From: Patescibacteria group bacterium
GTDB taxonomy: Bacteria; Patescibacteriota; Microgenomatia; Levybacterales; GWA1-39-11
Length of the DNA: 64,000 nt
Assembly: GCA_035549295.1 (NCBI GenBank)
Contig: DASZRG010000021.1
Location: 2,596 to 66,595, forward strand
Direction of reading: 5' to 3'
Below, in pieces: positions 19,322 through 30,557 of this stretch (position 1 is the first letter of the stretch; each line of letters begins with the position of its first letter). The notes under the pieces were generated by a model. The model saw only the letters and a program-made list of their open reading frames with translations. It had not been told where the DNA came from and searched no databases. The position numbers and the translations under genes are program-made.

Positions 19322-19401
19322 ATACTAGTGACTAGATACTAGATATTAGTTGTTTAAGATGTGTATTTGCTAGTAGCTAGTATCTAATATCTAGTTTCTA
19401 A

Positions 19402-20034
19402 CTAGACTTTTCCAGCTAGGGGATTTTTACCGCGGATTTCTTTGTTTGTTATCTTTCCATCTGAGTCTATTTGATAGACATACGCTTCGCCTGTACCTAT
19501 TTCAAGTCCAGAGATTTTGTCCTCTGGTATATTTTCGAGATATTTAACTAGTGCTCGAAGTGCATTGCCACTTGATGCAATAATAATGTTTTTACCATTT
19601 TTAAGTTGTGGTTCAATTTCTTTTTGATAATATGGAAGTGCTCTTTCGTAAACTTCTTTAAGAGATTCTCCTGATGGGATAGGGTAGTCCCAACTGCGTC
19701 TGATTTGTTGGAAGACTTCTTCGCCGACCTCTTCCTTTACCTGCCATTTATTTTTGTTGCTAAAGTCTCCGTAGTTTCTTTCATTAAGTTCCCAGGCAAC
19801 AGTTGTTGGGATGTCGGTTTGACCAATTGTTTTTTTAACTTCATCGAGTGTCTCTTTGGCTCGCCTTAAGATAGAGGTAAATGAAAGGTCAAACTCAATA
19901 TCTTTTAGTTCTTCGCCAGTTTTTTGAGCTTGTTCAACTCCTTCGGGGACAAGGCTGGGGTCAATCCAACCACACCAAAGACCCTTTTTGTTGTATTCGG
20001 ATAATCCATGTCGGACGAGTACGAGATAAGCCAT
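19402..20034 (-). CDS. gpmA: 2,3-bisphosphoglycerate-dependent phosphoglycerate mutase
   Basis: LVRHG, LNERNYG, RRSWD..P.GESL; second His replaced (SSGNALR). Confidence 0.9.
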   Translation of the reverse strand: MAYLVLVRHGLSEYNKKGLWCGWIDPSLVPEGVEQAQKTGEELKDIEFDLSFTSILRRAKETLDEVKKTIGQTDIPTTVAWELNERNYGDFSNKNKWQVKEEVGEEVFQQIRRSWDYPIPSGESLKEVYERALPYYQKEIEPQLKNGKNIIIASSGNALRALVKYLENIPEDKISGLEIGTGEAYVYQIDSDGKITNKEIRGKNPLAGKV

Positions 20035-20116
20035 AGTATGTATAGGGATATTAGTAACTATAGACTAGTAACTAGCAATTTCTAATATCTAGTATCTAAT
20101 ATCTAGTTTCTTAAGT

Positions 20117-21358
20117 CTAGATGCCTGCTTCGATTTCAAGAAGGCGATTGTATTTTGAAAGTCTTTCGGAACGTGACATTGAGCCTGTTTTTATAAATTC
20201 AGATCCGCATGCATAGGCTAGATCGGCTATAAAATTGTCCTCAGTCTCCCCACTTCTGTGAGAAATTGCAGTTGCCCAGCCGGCTGCATGTGTCATGTTG
20301 ATGGCTTCAGCAGTCTCTTTGATAGAGCCAATTTGATTTACCTTTACTAGAACTGCAGTTGCAGCACCCTCGTCAATTCCTTTTTGAATTCTTTTAGGAT
20401 TTGTGACAAAAAGATCGTCACCGATAGTTGTAAATTGGAATTTGCGCGCCATATCACCAAATATTTTGTGGTGTTCCCAGTCGTCTTCTGCAAAAGCATC
20501 CTCAAAGGAGAGTATTTTGTATTTCTGGCCAATTTCTTGGTAATATTTGGTGAGTTCTTCACCAGTTAATGATTTACCGATCTTGTGCATTTCGTACTTA
20601 CCATCTTTAAAGAATTCAGTTGATGCAACATCAAGTGATAGACGATAATCTTTAACATTTTCATATCCAGCATTCTTTGCAGCTTCTATTATTGTATCAA
20701 GTACTTCTTCGTCGCTTGATAGAGCAGGTGAGTAGCCTCCCTCATCTCCGACGAGTGTTGAGAGACCCTTTTTCTTGAGAGTTTTTCCTAGATTATGGAA
20801 AATTTCAGCTGCAATTCTAATTGATTCAGAGGGGGTTTTTGTATTTGGGACAACCATAAATTCCTGGATATCGAAATTCCAGTCAGCGTGTTTACCACCA
20901 TTTACTATATTAACGAGTAGATTGGGGAAGTTGGGCTTAGTGTCTTTGAAGTAGTATTCATTCATGAATTTCCAGAGCGGCTTGCCTGCTGCGTGTGCTG
21001 CTGCGCGGACTACGGCTTGTGATATTGCGAGGATCGCATTTGCGCCAAGATTGGCTTTATTTTCGGTCCCATCAAGCTCAAGCATGATTTCATCTATCGT
21101 GTTGGGATCAGGCTCAAGACCTGTGATTTTTGGAGCTATTTTAGTGTTTACGTTGTCAACCGCTTTGGTGACGCCCTTACCAAGGTATTTTGACTTATCT
21201 TCATCGCGTAGCTCTACTGCTTCGTGAGATCCAGTTGATGCTCCTGATGGCACAGATGACTGGTGAGTTGAGTCATCATCAAGTGTGACGTATGCGCGGA
21301 CAGTAGGATTGCCGCGAGAGTCTAGTATCTGAATGGCGCGAACGGACTTTATATTCAT
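20117..21358 (-). CDS. eno: Enolase
   Basis: DSRGNPTV, VPSGASTG, GDEGG, SHRSGET, KTGS..RSER; start at MNIK. Confidence 0.97.
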   Translation of the reverse strand: MNIKSVRAIQILDSRGNPTVRAYVTLDDDSTHQSSVPSGASTGSHEAVELRDEDKSKYLGKGVTKAVDNVNTKIAPKITGLEPDPNTIDEIMLELDGTENKANLGANAILAISQAVVRAAAHAAGKPLWKFMNEYYFKDTKPNFPNLLVNIVNGGKHADWNFDIQEFMVVPNTKTPSESIRIAAEIFHNLGKTLKKKGLSTLVGDEGGYSPALSSDEEVLDTIIEAAKNAGYENVKDYRLSLDVASTEFFKDGKYEMHKIGKSLTGEELTKYYQEIGQKYKILSFEDAFAEDDWEHHKIFGDMARKFQFTTIGDDLFVTNPKRIQKGIDEGAATAVLVKVNQIGSIKETAEAINMTHAAGWATAISHRSGETEDNFIADLAYACGSEFIKTGSMSRSERLSKYNRLLEIEAGI

Positions 21359-21469
21359 ATTAATGCCTAAATAAGCAAGGATCCTAATAAGCAAATGAAT
21401 GATTTAAATATTAAATGATTAAAGCATTCAAAATTGAATTTGCTTATTTGTCATTTGCATATTTGCTTA

Positions 21470-22084
21470 TTATATTCCAAGTAAATGGAGTGTAAATATT
21501 ATCAAATTATTGACCAATTGTCCAAGGGATAAACCGCCTATTGGGAAGAAGAATAAAAAGAACAAAATATATATACCATATCGCTCGATTGCCATATAAG
21601 AACGGAGTAAATCATTTGGCAAAAAAGCGGCCAAAACGCGCGATCCATCGAGTGGTGGTATGGGAATAAGGTTAACAAACCCTAACATCAAATTTATCTG
21701 TACAACCAGAAAAATGATGCTTTGGTTGATGTCAGATAGTGGTACAAACCTCAAAATTTCGGCTGCAACTATCGCAATCGCAAAATTTGTGAGCGGTCCG
21801 GCGAGTCCTGTGAGTGCCATGTCTTTCATTGGTTCATGAAAATGTCGAGGATTGATAGGTACTGGCTTCGCTGCTGCAAAAAAGAAAGTTCCACCGCTTG
21901 ATAAATATAATAGAGTCGGGACAATAATGCTTGTTACAGGATCAAGATGTGGTATGGGGTTGAGTGTGAGACGGCCCATGATGCGCGCAGTTGGATCGCC
22001 TAGGCGATCTGCAACTACGCCGTGCATGACTTCATGAAGAATTGCAGAAAAAAGAAGTATAGCAAGAGGAATTAAGATTTCCAT
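21470..22084 (-). CDS. Site-2 protease (M50) family
   Basis: HEVMH, AGP..N, NLIPIPPLDG. Confidence 0.92.
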   Translation of the reverse strand: MEILIPLAILLFSAILHEVMHGVVADRLGDPTARIMGRLTLNPIPHLDPVTSIIVPTLLYLSSGGTFFFAAAKPVPINPRHFHEPMKDMALTGLAGPLTNFAIAIVAAEILRFVPLSDINQSIIFLVVQINLMLGFVNLIPIPPLDGSRVLAAFLPNDLLRSYMAIERYGIYILFFLFFFPIGGLSLGQLVNNLIIFTLHLLGI

Positions 22085-22127
22085 GAGTAATAATATTAGC
22101 AAAAACAGATATTAATTCACAGTGGGG

Positions 22128-23231
22128 CTATTTTTTGTCGTAGTGTTTGAGAAATTCTAAAAATGAAGCGATTCTATCCTCCTCGCTCATACTCTCAAGG
22201 CTTTTTCCATGCGTTGCGCGCCATATGCCAACTGCGCGAATTCTAGACCTTAAGTCAACTTTTCTTTTTTTATCAGCGTCAGAAAACTGAGCAACTCCCG
22301 ATAAAATAACTTTCTCATGAGTTACTGGAAGAGAACTATTTGCAAGGTCACCGAATAGATACTCGTCTTCTTCAGTATCGACAATAGGAGCATATCGGCT
22401 ATATCGTGACCTTTGAGGAATATGATTGTTATCAAGTGTAACTTCTTCCCCATAGGGTAGAATAGTGCTGGATGAAAATTCTGGATACTGTGAATCTGTG
22501 TCATCGTCACTTTTTGAATTATCCTCGGGTGGTATAGATGGCGAGTCTTCTGCGGAGTTTCTGTCTATATTTCGTGCAGCCCAGGGAATATGTATATCTC
22601 CCAATTCTCCAGCCAAAATCTCTTCTGCAACTTGCCTAAATAACGCAATAGGAGCTGCGACTTTATAGTCTTTTTTATTTCCTGCTCCAAGTTCCACAAA
22701 TCTTTCTCGGACAATACCCCTCAATGGAGGGTTTAGACCTTTTTCGAAAAGATCAAGCATGTGTTGCGAGTCGAGCGTCAGACCTTTTTCAGCAACAAGC
22801 CTCTTTAATCGAATATTTAGTTGGGTTAGATCTGGTGTTGTTCCTTCATCAGGTGCGGTCTCGAGATAATCGTCAATTTCTTGCTGTTGTTGAAGGACAG
22901 CCGCTTGTCGTTGTGAAAAATCCTCAAGGATCGTTGCACGGAATTGAGATTCGTTCGCGCTTATACTTCTCATATCTCGTACGCCTTGCGCTAGGAATCT
23001 TGTTCTTAGCGATGCTTTTGCAGCTTTAATTTCTGTGGAATAAGCGAGGACTTTCATAGCGTCGTCGATACCATAGGTAACACCTTCGCCATTTTTCTCG
23101 GCAATATATTCATCTAGTCTTTTTTTGAGAGCATCCATTGGCGATGGAGCATCACTTGGAGCGTGTGTTTTTGCTGGGGCTGTGGCCTCTATGACTGCTG
23201 TTGGTGCGCCTGAATATTCAGTTCTTTCCAT
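22128..23231 (-). CDS. Hypothetical protein
   Basis: 367-aa ORF in a co-oriented array. Confidence 0.7.
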   Translation of the reverse strand: MERTEYSGAPTAVIEATAPAKTHAPSDAPSPMDALKKRLDEYIAEKNGEGVTYGIDDAMKVLAYSTEIKAAKASLRTRFLAQGVRDMRSISANESQFRATILEDFSQRQAAVLQQQQEIDDYLETAPDEGTTPDLTQLNIRLKRLVAEKGLTLDSQHMLDLFEKGLNPPLRGIVRERFVELGAGNKKDYKVAAPIALFRQVAEEILAGELGDIHIPWAARNIDRNSAEDSPSIPPEDNSKSDDDTDSQYPEFSSSTILPYGEEVTLDNNHIPQRSRYSRYAPIVDTEEDEYLFGDLANSSLPVTHEKVILSGVAQFSDADKKRKVDLRSRIRAVGIWRATHGKSLESMSEEDRIASFLEFLKHYDKK

Positions 23232-23284
23232 AGTGGCTCGATTATAAACTCAAAATATTAAGAATCAATATCTAATTGTTGATT

Positions 23285-25984
23285 TTATAGCTTTTTTCCG
23301 CCATGCGAAGGTTGCCTTTCTCTTATTTTGACTTCTGTGGGTTGAAGCAGTAAATCAGATTTACCTGCTGGGTTCTGGTATTCTTCAGGCACGTCTTGGT
23401 AATAGTTGAGATACATAAATCTCAATATTCCATCAAGACTGACTCCGGCACTTTTTATAATTTCAATGTTTGTTTTGAGTCTTGCGCCGGGCCCTTCATC
23501 GAATGGGTTTGATGGTGAATCCCACATAGGTTGAGCAACGGTTTTGAGAAATTCCATGACCAAATTTACTGCTTTAGAACTATCCTTTTTAAGCAAAAGC
23601 AGGTATTCATCCGGGGCACCACAAGCCTTAAGAAAGTCAATAGGGGAGCGGGCTATGCGTATTTCATAACCTTTTAAATCTGCTGCGCTAGCGACAGCTG
23701 TCATGACTGCCTCAGTTGCCTTTGTGCCAAGTACTTTTTCAATATTCATTATTCTTTCATCCGTTAGACGCAATTTGACTTCAAGCGCTGCTTCTCGGTC
23801 CGCTTTTGTTCTTGGTGCTTTTCGTTTTTCATTAGCCCATACAAACTCTACTTTCCGAGTGGTTGGAGTATCCAGTGGAGCAACCCCTACTTTATAAATC
23901 AGGAGAGTATTTCCATCGTCTTTTCCTTTTTTGCTGGGTTCAGTGGTCGGCTCAGTGAATTTGCGATACCCGAGTTCAAGAACTAGAGGGTGGGGTGAAA
24001 AGAGACCTATTGGGATAGGAATATTCATCATGGGATCGACTTTTACTTCTTCTTGAACTGGCGGTTTTAAGTCATATAGCCTCTCAAGAGTTGTACCAAT
24101 TGCTAGAAATTGCTCTTGAGTTAGACGGTCCATTGCATCGGGTGATACACCTGCCATGCGTGCTGCAAGTATCATGCGACCTTCAAACGTTTTATCAACA
24201 TTTAATTGAGTTCTAAAATATGAATTGATATCTGAAGTTGCCGAATATGTCTCTTGCGGATGTCGCGACTGCCAAAGCCGAATACCTGTAAGTTCTGGAG
24301 TGAGTCGCGGACGTGATTCAGTGGGTGTGTTGAAAGCTTGCTGTGCAGGAATACCTCCTTCTGGTCTAGGAGATCGTACTCTTGGGATGGAAGATGGTCT
24401 TTCGGATCTTGGTCGAGCAACTCGCGGTGCTCTTGGTTGCGCTTCAGGTTTTGATCTCTCTCGCACTTTATTTGAATTTTGTGTTCTTAATAATTCAACC
24501 GGTGCACCGATTGCGCGCATAAGAAGCGGTATTTGGTCTTTGTAGTATCGACGAGTTCCTGGAAGCCCCAATTTGGTAGCCGCTGTATCTATTATGTCTA
24601 GAAATCGATAAGGTGGCATACCAAGACCACCATAGTGTTTCCATATGTCTTGCGGTCCAAACATGCGAGGCGATGCGCTTTCTGTAACTTTGTTGATCAA
24701 TCTATTAAGCGCTACATCTTCGGCCTGATTTTCTGGAACTCTGAGGGTTTCAATAATATTTAACTCTTGTCTATTTTCTCGTCTTGGTCCAGCAGGTGGA
24801 AGAACTACGCGAGTAAAACCGGTTGCGTCGACTCCTGGACCCATTTTGAGAGGTCCTCGAGAATCGTTCAATATAAAATCCACTTTTTCGAGTTTAACTT
24901 CCTGAGACTCAGATGGAATAATGGGACTTTCAGCTATTTCGGGAAGAGTAGAGGGTGCGAGCACTTGATCTGGTTGAGTAATTATTGTTGCTTCTGGTTG
25001 CAATACCACTTCTGGAGGTAGCGCAGGTTGAGGCGTGATAGCTTCCTCAGCAATGAATGGTATCGCTACTACTAGTGGTTCAGGTTGGGGTATAAATGTT
25101 GCAGGATCTGAGGGGGTGGCCGCCGCAGCTTGTATTGGATCAGGTGTTAGTACTTCTTCGTCAGTTTCGATAATTACATTCGTTGCCTTCTTTCTGCTGC
25201 CACCTACATATCCCATGTTGTATGATCTTCTTCTGTCCTTTTTGTGTCTTCCGGCCAAAATTGCACCTAAAACACCTCTCGTATTAGAACCTTCCGTTTG
25301 ATCAGGCTTAGAATCATCATCAAGTTGTTTTAGTGGTGCATCAGCCGGTCTTATGCTGCGATTTGCCGCCGAAGGTGCGATCAAGTGTGTTTGTCGATCT
25401 AGTGGTTTTTTCTTTCTAATTTTAGTGTTGATTTCAGGTGGGTGAGTTGGCTTTTCTACTTCTTCTATTTCAGGAATTTCCGGCTCGTACCAACTTACCA
25501 TCAGTGGAGATTTCGAGTTGCCGCGTACTAAATTATCTGTAAGTATATTACCAGGAAATTTAGCTCTTAATCCCTCAAGTGCTTGATGCGCGATTGGGGT
25601 AGTAAACACTCTAGACCTCTTTCCATATAGAGATGGTAGACGGCTGTATAGGATTCCAGCACCATCTGAATTGTGAAGTGCATCGAACATGATGCGTTCA
25701 TCGTCTGTGAGAAGAAGTTTTTTTTCGGCTTTTTCTTCCTGCGGGATAACTGTTGGAGTAGATATATCGGTTGTAGGAAGACTATGTGCTTTGAAAACCT
25801 GAACTATCTCTGAGGGAGATAAATATCCGTCACGTGCAAGGTTATATGTGCTGTCGAGTAGGGGATGGGCGGCGTTTAGTTCTGTATCTGTCAGATAGCC
25901 TTGGCCTCTAAGTTCAAAAATCCGAGTTAGAGTAGGCGGGCGAGCGTCATTTGAATTGGTATTTTTTTGTTCAACTACCATCAC
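23285..25984 (-). CDS. Large Pro/Glu-rich hypothetical protein
   Basis: 899-aa ORF; low-complexity linkers. Confidence 0.75.
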   Translation of the reverse strand: MMVVEQKNTNSNDARPPTLTRIFELRGQGYLTDTELNAAHPLLDSTYNLARDGYLSPSEIVQVFKAHSLPTTDISTPTVIPQEEKAEKKLLLTDDERIMFDALHNSDGAGILYSRLPSLYGKRSRVFTTPIAHQALEGLRAKFPGNILTDNLVRGNSKSPLMVSWYEPEIPEIEEVEKPTHPPEINTKIRKKKPLDRQTHLIAPSAANRSIRPADAPLKQLDDDSKPDQTEGSNTRGVLGAILAGRHKKDRRRSYNMGYVGGSRKKATNVIIETDEEVLTPDPIQAAAATPSDPATFIPQPEPLVVAIPFIAEEAITPQPALPPEVVLQPEATIITQPDQVLAPSTLPEIAESPIIPSESQEVKLEKVDFILNDSRGPLKMGPGVDATGFTRVVLPPAGPRRENRQELNIIETLRVPENQAEDVALNRLINKVTESASPRMFGPQDIWKHYGGLGMPPYRFLDIIDTAATKLGLPGTRRYYKDQIPLLMRAIGAPVELLRTQNSNKVRERSKPEAQPRAPRVARPRSERPSSIPRVRSPRPEGGIPAQQAFNTPTESRPRLTPELTGIRLWQSRHPQETYSATSDINSYFRTQLNVDKTFEGRMILAARMAGVSPDAMDRLTQEQFLAIGTTLERLYDLKPPVQEEVKVDPMMNIPIPIGLFSPHPLVLELGYRKFTEPTTEPSKKGKDDGNTLLIYKVGVAPLDTPTTRKVEFVWANEKRKAPRTKADREAALEVKLRLTDERIMNIEKVLGTKATEAVMTAVASAADLKGYEIRIARSPIDFLKACGAPDEYLLLLKKDSSKAVNLVMEFLKTVAQPMWDSPSNPFDEGPGARLKTNIEIIKSAGVSLDGILRFMYLNYYQDVPEEYQNPAGKSDLLLQPTEVKIRERQPSHGGKKL

Positions 25985-28062
25985 TACTTAAGATAATCGG
26001 ATACTATATCTGGTCCTATAAATGACGCTTCTTCCTCTGTTAAATTTGGGAAGAGACTTAGGAAAAACCATCTGACATTCGCATCTTCGTTCAATCTTAT
26101 AAATTCCTTGGGATCTCTGGCGTATTGGTAGAATCTATCTTCAAATCTGTTTGCAGCTTCATCTTTCGGAGGCAGAGTGATGCCGCGAGATTGCATAACA
26201 TCACGTTCGAGTTCGATCCAAGAATTCATTTTTTTAAGTGCGTCGGGACTTATAGGAATTTTATGATGTTTAACTGCACCGTTGCGAACATTAACGGATC
26301 TCATAACATGTGGTAGGGAGTATCTGTCTTCAATATCGCATTTTGCGCGAGCGTTCTCATCTTCCAGCTCCTCAGTTGGTGCTGGTTTGGGTTGGATCTC
26401 AGTATCAGGAGTTGCCGCGGCAGCTGGTGGGCGATTTTCATCAGATATCCTGCCGTGGTCGCGATATTCGACTAAATGCAATATCAAATCACTAGGTTTG
26501 TTACCTCTCCAAAAAGTGAGTAGCGGAGAAAGTATCTGGCCATCCAAATTCTGAGAGGTGAAACCGTCTCTCGAGATGGCATCTCCTAATAGTATGTCCC
26601 ATTTCTCAGCCGCAAGAAGTATTGCCTCTTCGGGGTTAGATGCATCTACTTCATCTTGGCTTCTTAGAATTACACCGTCAAGGACTTTCATAGAATCTTC
26701 GTCAATTACCAGTCCCAGTCGTGCTAGTTCGTCTTTATTTGTTTTAAGCAAAGCAGCGGTAAAAAAATAATCATTGGCATTGGGTAGCTCGTCGGCGGTT
26801 AATTCGGCGCTCGCTAGAGGAGGAGACTCCTCAAGACTCGCCGCTGCGTGGGTTCCATTGGTCGCAAGAGGTGATTGATCATCCACTTCTTCTAAGTGAC
26901 CAGGTGACAGAAATGACGATATTAGGCCCATTGCTGTGTATGGCTCTTCTTCGCCTGTATCGTGACGATTTTCGCTTAAAAGGAGCTGACCATCATCATC
27001 TCGTGCAGATTCCGAATAACGTATAATCAGTGGTGTTGACCCATCTTCCGGTTCAATCTTAGGCTCGGTTGATTCGGCGGGTTTTATGCCTTGATCAACT
27101 CTCTTGAAATGTGATGAACCTTTCATTAAATTCGCCATCTCTTCATCATACGGTCTTACTCTTGCCAGAACGTAGATAGCAATGTCTGCGGGAATTTTTT
27201 CAGATCTACTAAGGTCGTGACCTATAACGGTGCCCGTTATATCTCTTATTTTTTTAGCAAAGTTTAAATCACCACTTCTTCCCATTGAACCTGCCAATTC
27301 AGATCCCGAATATTCATCCTTTTGGTTATCAGCGAGCCATTTTTTAATAGCGCCCATATCTGCTCCAAACAGTCCAGTCATCAGAGCAGTTTCTGCTATA
27401 TCTCTGAACATCTTTTGCCCGATTGTCTCAGTATCTGAATAAATGCGTAATGAGTTTCTCATTTCAGCAAATAGCGCTCTGGTATGGGCGCTAAGCCTCC
27501 TTACACTTAGAGCTCTTGGTAAATCTTTCATGGTGAGTGGCCTATCGCCATTTTCTGCCAAAAATCTTGTGACAACCGGGTCATAAGCCTTCTTATCTTG
27601 TTCCGCTTCAGGATGAGTTTCGTCTACTTCTGGGGCATGTCCATTTGAGTGGGGAAGTGGCGTTGCGGGAGTGGTTTCTTGATGGTTGGTAGATGAACCA
27701 TTTGAAAGAAGTGCCATTTCGTTAGGCGAGATGTAGCCTTCGTTTGCGAGTGCGTCAACTCTTGTGAGGAGTGATATTTGAGTATCAAGTGCCATGATCT
27801 TCTCACTGATTTTAGTTGCCCATTTTTTTTCAGTTAGAACCTCAACTGCGGTCTTTCGCTTTTCTCCTACACTGACCAGCGCTTCAAACCTTTGTTCTAA
27901 GGGAAGTTCTGCAATTCCTGCGGCCCTTGTGGTTAACAGATTAAGTCCGTGGGTATCGATGGTAGTCTGCACATGAGCTTTGCTTCTGTCAAAACCTGCT
28001 CGCTGTTCTTGGAGCAGTCCTAAGGGAGTAGTTGGTCTTACTTTTTCTTGTTCGACAACCAT
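25984..28062 (-). CDS. Large hypothetical protein
   Basis: 692-aa ORF; MVVEQ start and GY[IL]SP.E motif shared with 23285. Confidence 0.75.
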   Translation of the reverse strand: MVVEQEKVRPTTPLGLLQEQRAGFDRSKAHVQTTIDTHGLNLLTTRAAGIAELPLEQRFEALVSVGEKRKTAVEVLTEKKWATKISEKIMALDTQISLLTRVDALANEGYISPNEMALLSNGSSTNHQETTPATPLPHSNGHAPEVDETHPEAEQDKKAYDPVVTRFLAENGDRPLTMKDLPRALSVRRLSAHTRALFAEMRNSLRIYSDTETIGQKMFRDIAETALMTGLFGADMGAIKKWLADNQKDEYSGSELAGSMGRSGDLNFAKKIRDITGTVIGHDLSRSEKIPADIAIYVLARVRPYDEEMANLMKGSSHFKRVDQGIKPAESTEPKIEPEDGSTPLIIRYSESARDDDGQLLLSENRHDTGEEEPYTAMGLISSFLSPGHLEEVDDQSPLATNGTHAAASLEESPPLASAELTADELPNANDYFFTAALLKTNKDELARLGLVIDEDSMKVLDGVILRSQDEVDASNPEEAILLAAEKWDILLGDAISRDGFTSQNLDGQILSPLLTFWRGNKPSDLILHLVEYRDHGRISDENRPPAAAATPDTEIQPKPAPTEELEDENARAKCDIEDRYSLPHVMRSVNVRNGAVKHHKIPISPDALKKMNSWIELERDVMQSRGITLPPKDEAANRFEDRFYQYARDPKEFIRLNEDANVRWFFLSLFPNLTEEEASFIGPDIVSDYLK

Positions 28063-28174
28063 ATTTTTGATAAATTCCTACCTGATTATAGCAACTAAAA
28101 ATATTTGTACAATGTTCAATTTATCAATTAAATTGGCCCAATTCTGTAATTTTTATTACCGTTTCGGGAAGGTA

Positions 28175-29914
28175 TTACCACGAGGTTTCAAGGTCGCGGG
28201 CTAGATCGGCAACTTGCTTGTCAGAAACTGAACTAAAGAAGCCAAATATTAATAAAGAGTTATCGGGATTTTTTCCATCTCGGTTGACATTGATAAAATC
28301 TCGCCTATTTTCTGCCAGTTGTTTGAGTCTGGTAACGGTTCTTATGACCATTTCATCGTGTTTTGGTAAGTTTTCTCCGTATGTATCCCGAGCGGCTTTT
28401 GCAATTGCATCTAGTCGCATTTTTCGTACACTATTAACCTCAATCTGATATCTATTGCGACTTGCTCTTAGATTATTGTCAGTGAACATTCTTGCAAAAG
28501 AATAATAATCACGAAGATTCATCTCAAAAGATGAGTTAAGTTCTTCCATAAGTTTTGAGTTGTCTCCTTCAAGTTCTATATCTATGCCTTGATTCTCTTT
28601 GGCAAGTCTCTTCACCAGGCGAGCAGGATCCTCCTGTGTTGCGAGTAATACTCTCGTCAACGCATTATGTTCTGGATCAATGCCTTGATATATGTTGCGC
28701 GTTGCCTCATTTGGGAAAATAACTAGCAGTTTGTTTGCGGCAGTCTGAAGTAGAGCTTGCATATCCTCAGGTTGAGCCTGACCTATTAGTTTGTCAAAGA
28801 GTCCATCTATCATTATTTTCAAATTGCCACTTGGATCATTTAGTTGAGTTCCAGAAATTTTTAGGAGTGCGACTGTGGCAAACATTTCATTAACATCTGT
28901 GTCAATATTGCGGGGTAGAGTTGGTACGGGTGCCTCAGGTACTCTTGGAGGTCTCAAATTGATTGGTTCACCGGCTGGAAGGTCGGTATCACTCTGTGCC
29001 TGACCTGCTGGTTCGGCTGCTGGTGGAGGCGGAGTTTCGACTGGAACATATCTTCCGGTTCTTATTTCGTCATACCGAATACATACCTGTTCTAGTACTT
29101 CTGCGCTAAATCGACCAGGAGGGATTCCTAATGATTCAGCTGCAAGATTCATATCCCTTGATTCTTCACGACTGGGCTGTCCTGTTCCGCCCCAAGCTTT
29201 ATATACATCAGCTGTAACATATCCTGCACGCTCGTGGTCTTTAATCCAGTCGAGGTAAAGTGGGGGACGAAGAGGTGGTAGTTCATCCTGTATGTCGTCA
29301 GAGTCATCGGTCGGTTGGGGTGGAACAGCTTCGCCGCCAACTGCTGCACCAATTGGGTTTTCTTGTTCATCCTGAACTTCGGTCGACATTTGTTCATAGA
29401 TTTTTCGTCTTGCAAGAAATGATGCGACAATGCGAGCATCTTTCGGCTCAAGTGCCATTCTTCCCCTATTCTGGTCAAGTGCAATTCCATTTAGATGCGC
29501 AACAGCTCTGATGAGTCGAGCATCTGACTTGTCATCATACCCTGCAACATCCCATATATCTTGTGTTCCAAATCTTGCTCTTGAAGTGAACGAGCCATCT
29601 ATTCGCTGTATTTCAATAAAAGGTAGAGGTGTTGCATCGATGCCTTCTTTTTGTTCTGCAAGAATCTCAGAAATGCTTTTTTCGGGAACTTTAACTGCGG
29701 GAATTTGTTGTTCATTCGTTGGTTTTTGTGTAGTTCTTGTTTTGGAGGATGTGAGATCTTGTAATTGTAATGATATTTGATCAAGCCGTGAAAGTATAAG
29801 AAGTTGGGTTTGATGAACTAAATTTACTCGTTGATCGATAGGTAGTTCGTTAAAAGCTGCTACTTCGTGAGGTGATTGAGAACCATTTAATCCAGGATCT
29901 ACTTCAGATGCCAT
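28175..29914 (-). CDS. Large Pro-rich hypothetical protein
   Basis: 579-aa ORF; C-terminus resembles that of 25984. Confidence 0.75.
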   Translation of the reverse strand: MASEVDPGLNGSQSPHEVAAFNELPIDQRVNLVHQTQLLILSRLDQISLQLQDLTSSKTRTTQKPTNEQQIPAVKVPEKSISEILAEQKEGIDATPLPFIEIQRIDGSFTSRARFGTQDIWDVAGYDDKSDARLIRAVAHLNGIALDQNRGRMALEPKDARIVASFLARRKIYEQMSTEVQDEQENPIGAAVGGEAVPPQPTDDSDDIQDELPPLRPPLYLDWIKDHERAGYVTADVYKAWGGTGQPSREESRDMNLAAESLGIPPGRFSAEVLEQVCIRYDEIRTGRYVPVETPPPPAAEPAGQAQSDTDLPAGEPINLRPPRVPEAPVPTLPRNIDTDVNEMFATVALLKISGTQLNDPSGNLKIMIDGLFDKLIGQAQPEDMQALLQTAANKLLVIFPNEATRNIYQGIDPEHNALTRVLLATQEDPARLVKRLAKENQGIDIELEGDNSKLMEELNSSFEMNLRDYYSFARMFTDNNLRASRNRYQIEVNSVRKMRLDAIAKAARDTYGENLPKHDEMVIRTVTRLKQLAENRRDFINVNRDGKNPDNSLLIFGFFSSVSDKQVADLARDLETSW

Positions 29915-30045
29915 ATAAATTCAAATAAACAATATTTGCGATTTTAGTCTTTTAAAATTGCAACTTCAATAACTATTTTATTTTGATTTTCAAAATAGTT
30001 CTGTAACTTTTATTACTACTTAAGAGTAATGAAGAGTACTTTTTC

Positions 30046-30555
30046 CTAAAAGCGAGTGGAGTTGTGGGGTTTTGGCGCCTGGGGAAGATATGTATGTTGT
30101 TTGTCGCCATAAGTTTGGGGAGTTTTGCCTGAGCCGGGTTTTGCTCGGTCCCAGGTTCTGTCCGCAATTGTGCGATTGTCGGGAGTTTTGTTTGCTGCAT
30201 TAAATTTTTCAAGAATTGAGTCTTCTTCTCCCGCGTGACAGATAGCATACGTTGTTCCTATAGGAACTACTGAAACACCAATTTTTGCAAGCTCTGCAGT
30301 GGCGCGTTGAGCTGTAGTTTTGAGAGTTTTACGAGTATCGGGATTTATTTTTCCGGAAAGCGCTAATATTAGCTCATCTTGTGTGGGTGGAGTAACTTGA
30401 GAAATTAATTTCCAAAATTCAAAACCCTTATTTGAGAGTCTTGCTGCGTTTGTGCCAGACCTAACTATCACGATCTCTGATATTTCTTTTCTCTCTGTTG
30501 CAAAGTGATCGGGTTTAAGTTCACTCAGATCAAATTGTCCATGCTCCTGTGTCAT
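30046..30555 (-). CDS. Hypothetical protein (possible winged helix)
   Basis: 169-aa ORF. Confidence 0.6.
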   Translation of the reverse strand: MTQEHGQFDLSELKPDHFATERKEISEIVIVRSGTNAARLSNKGFEFWKLISQVTPPTQDELILALSGKINPDTRKTLKTTAQRATAELAKIGVSVVPIGTTYAICHAGEEDSILEKFNAANKTPDNRTIADRTWDRAKPGSGKTPQTYGDKQHTYLPQAPKPHNSTRF

Positions 30556-30557
30556 AT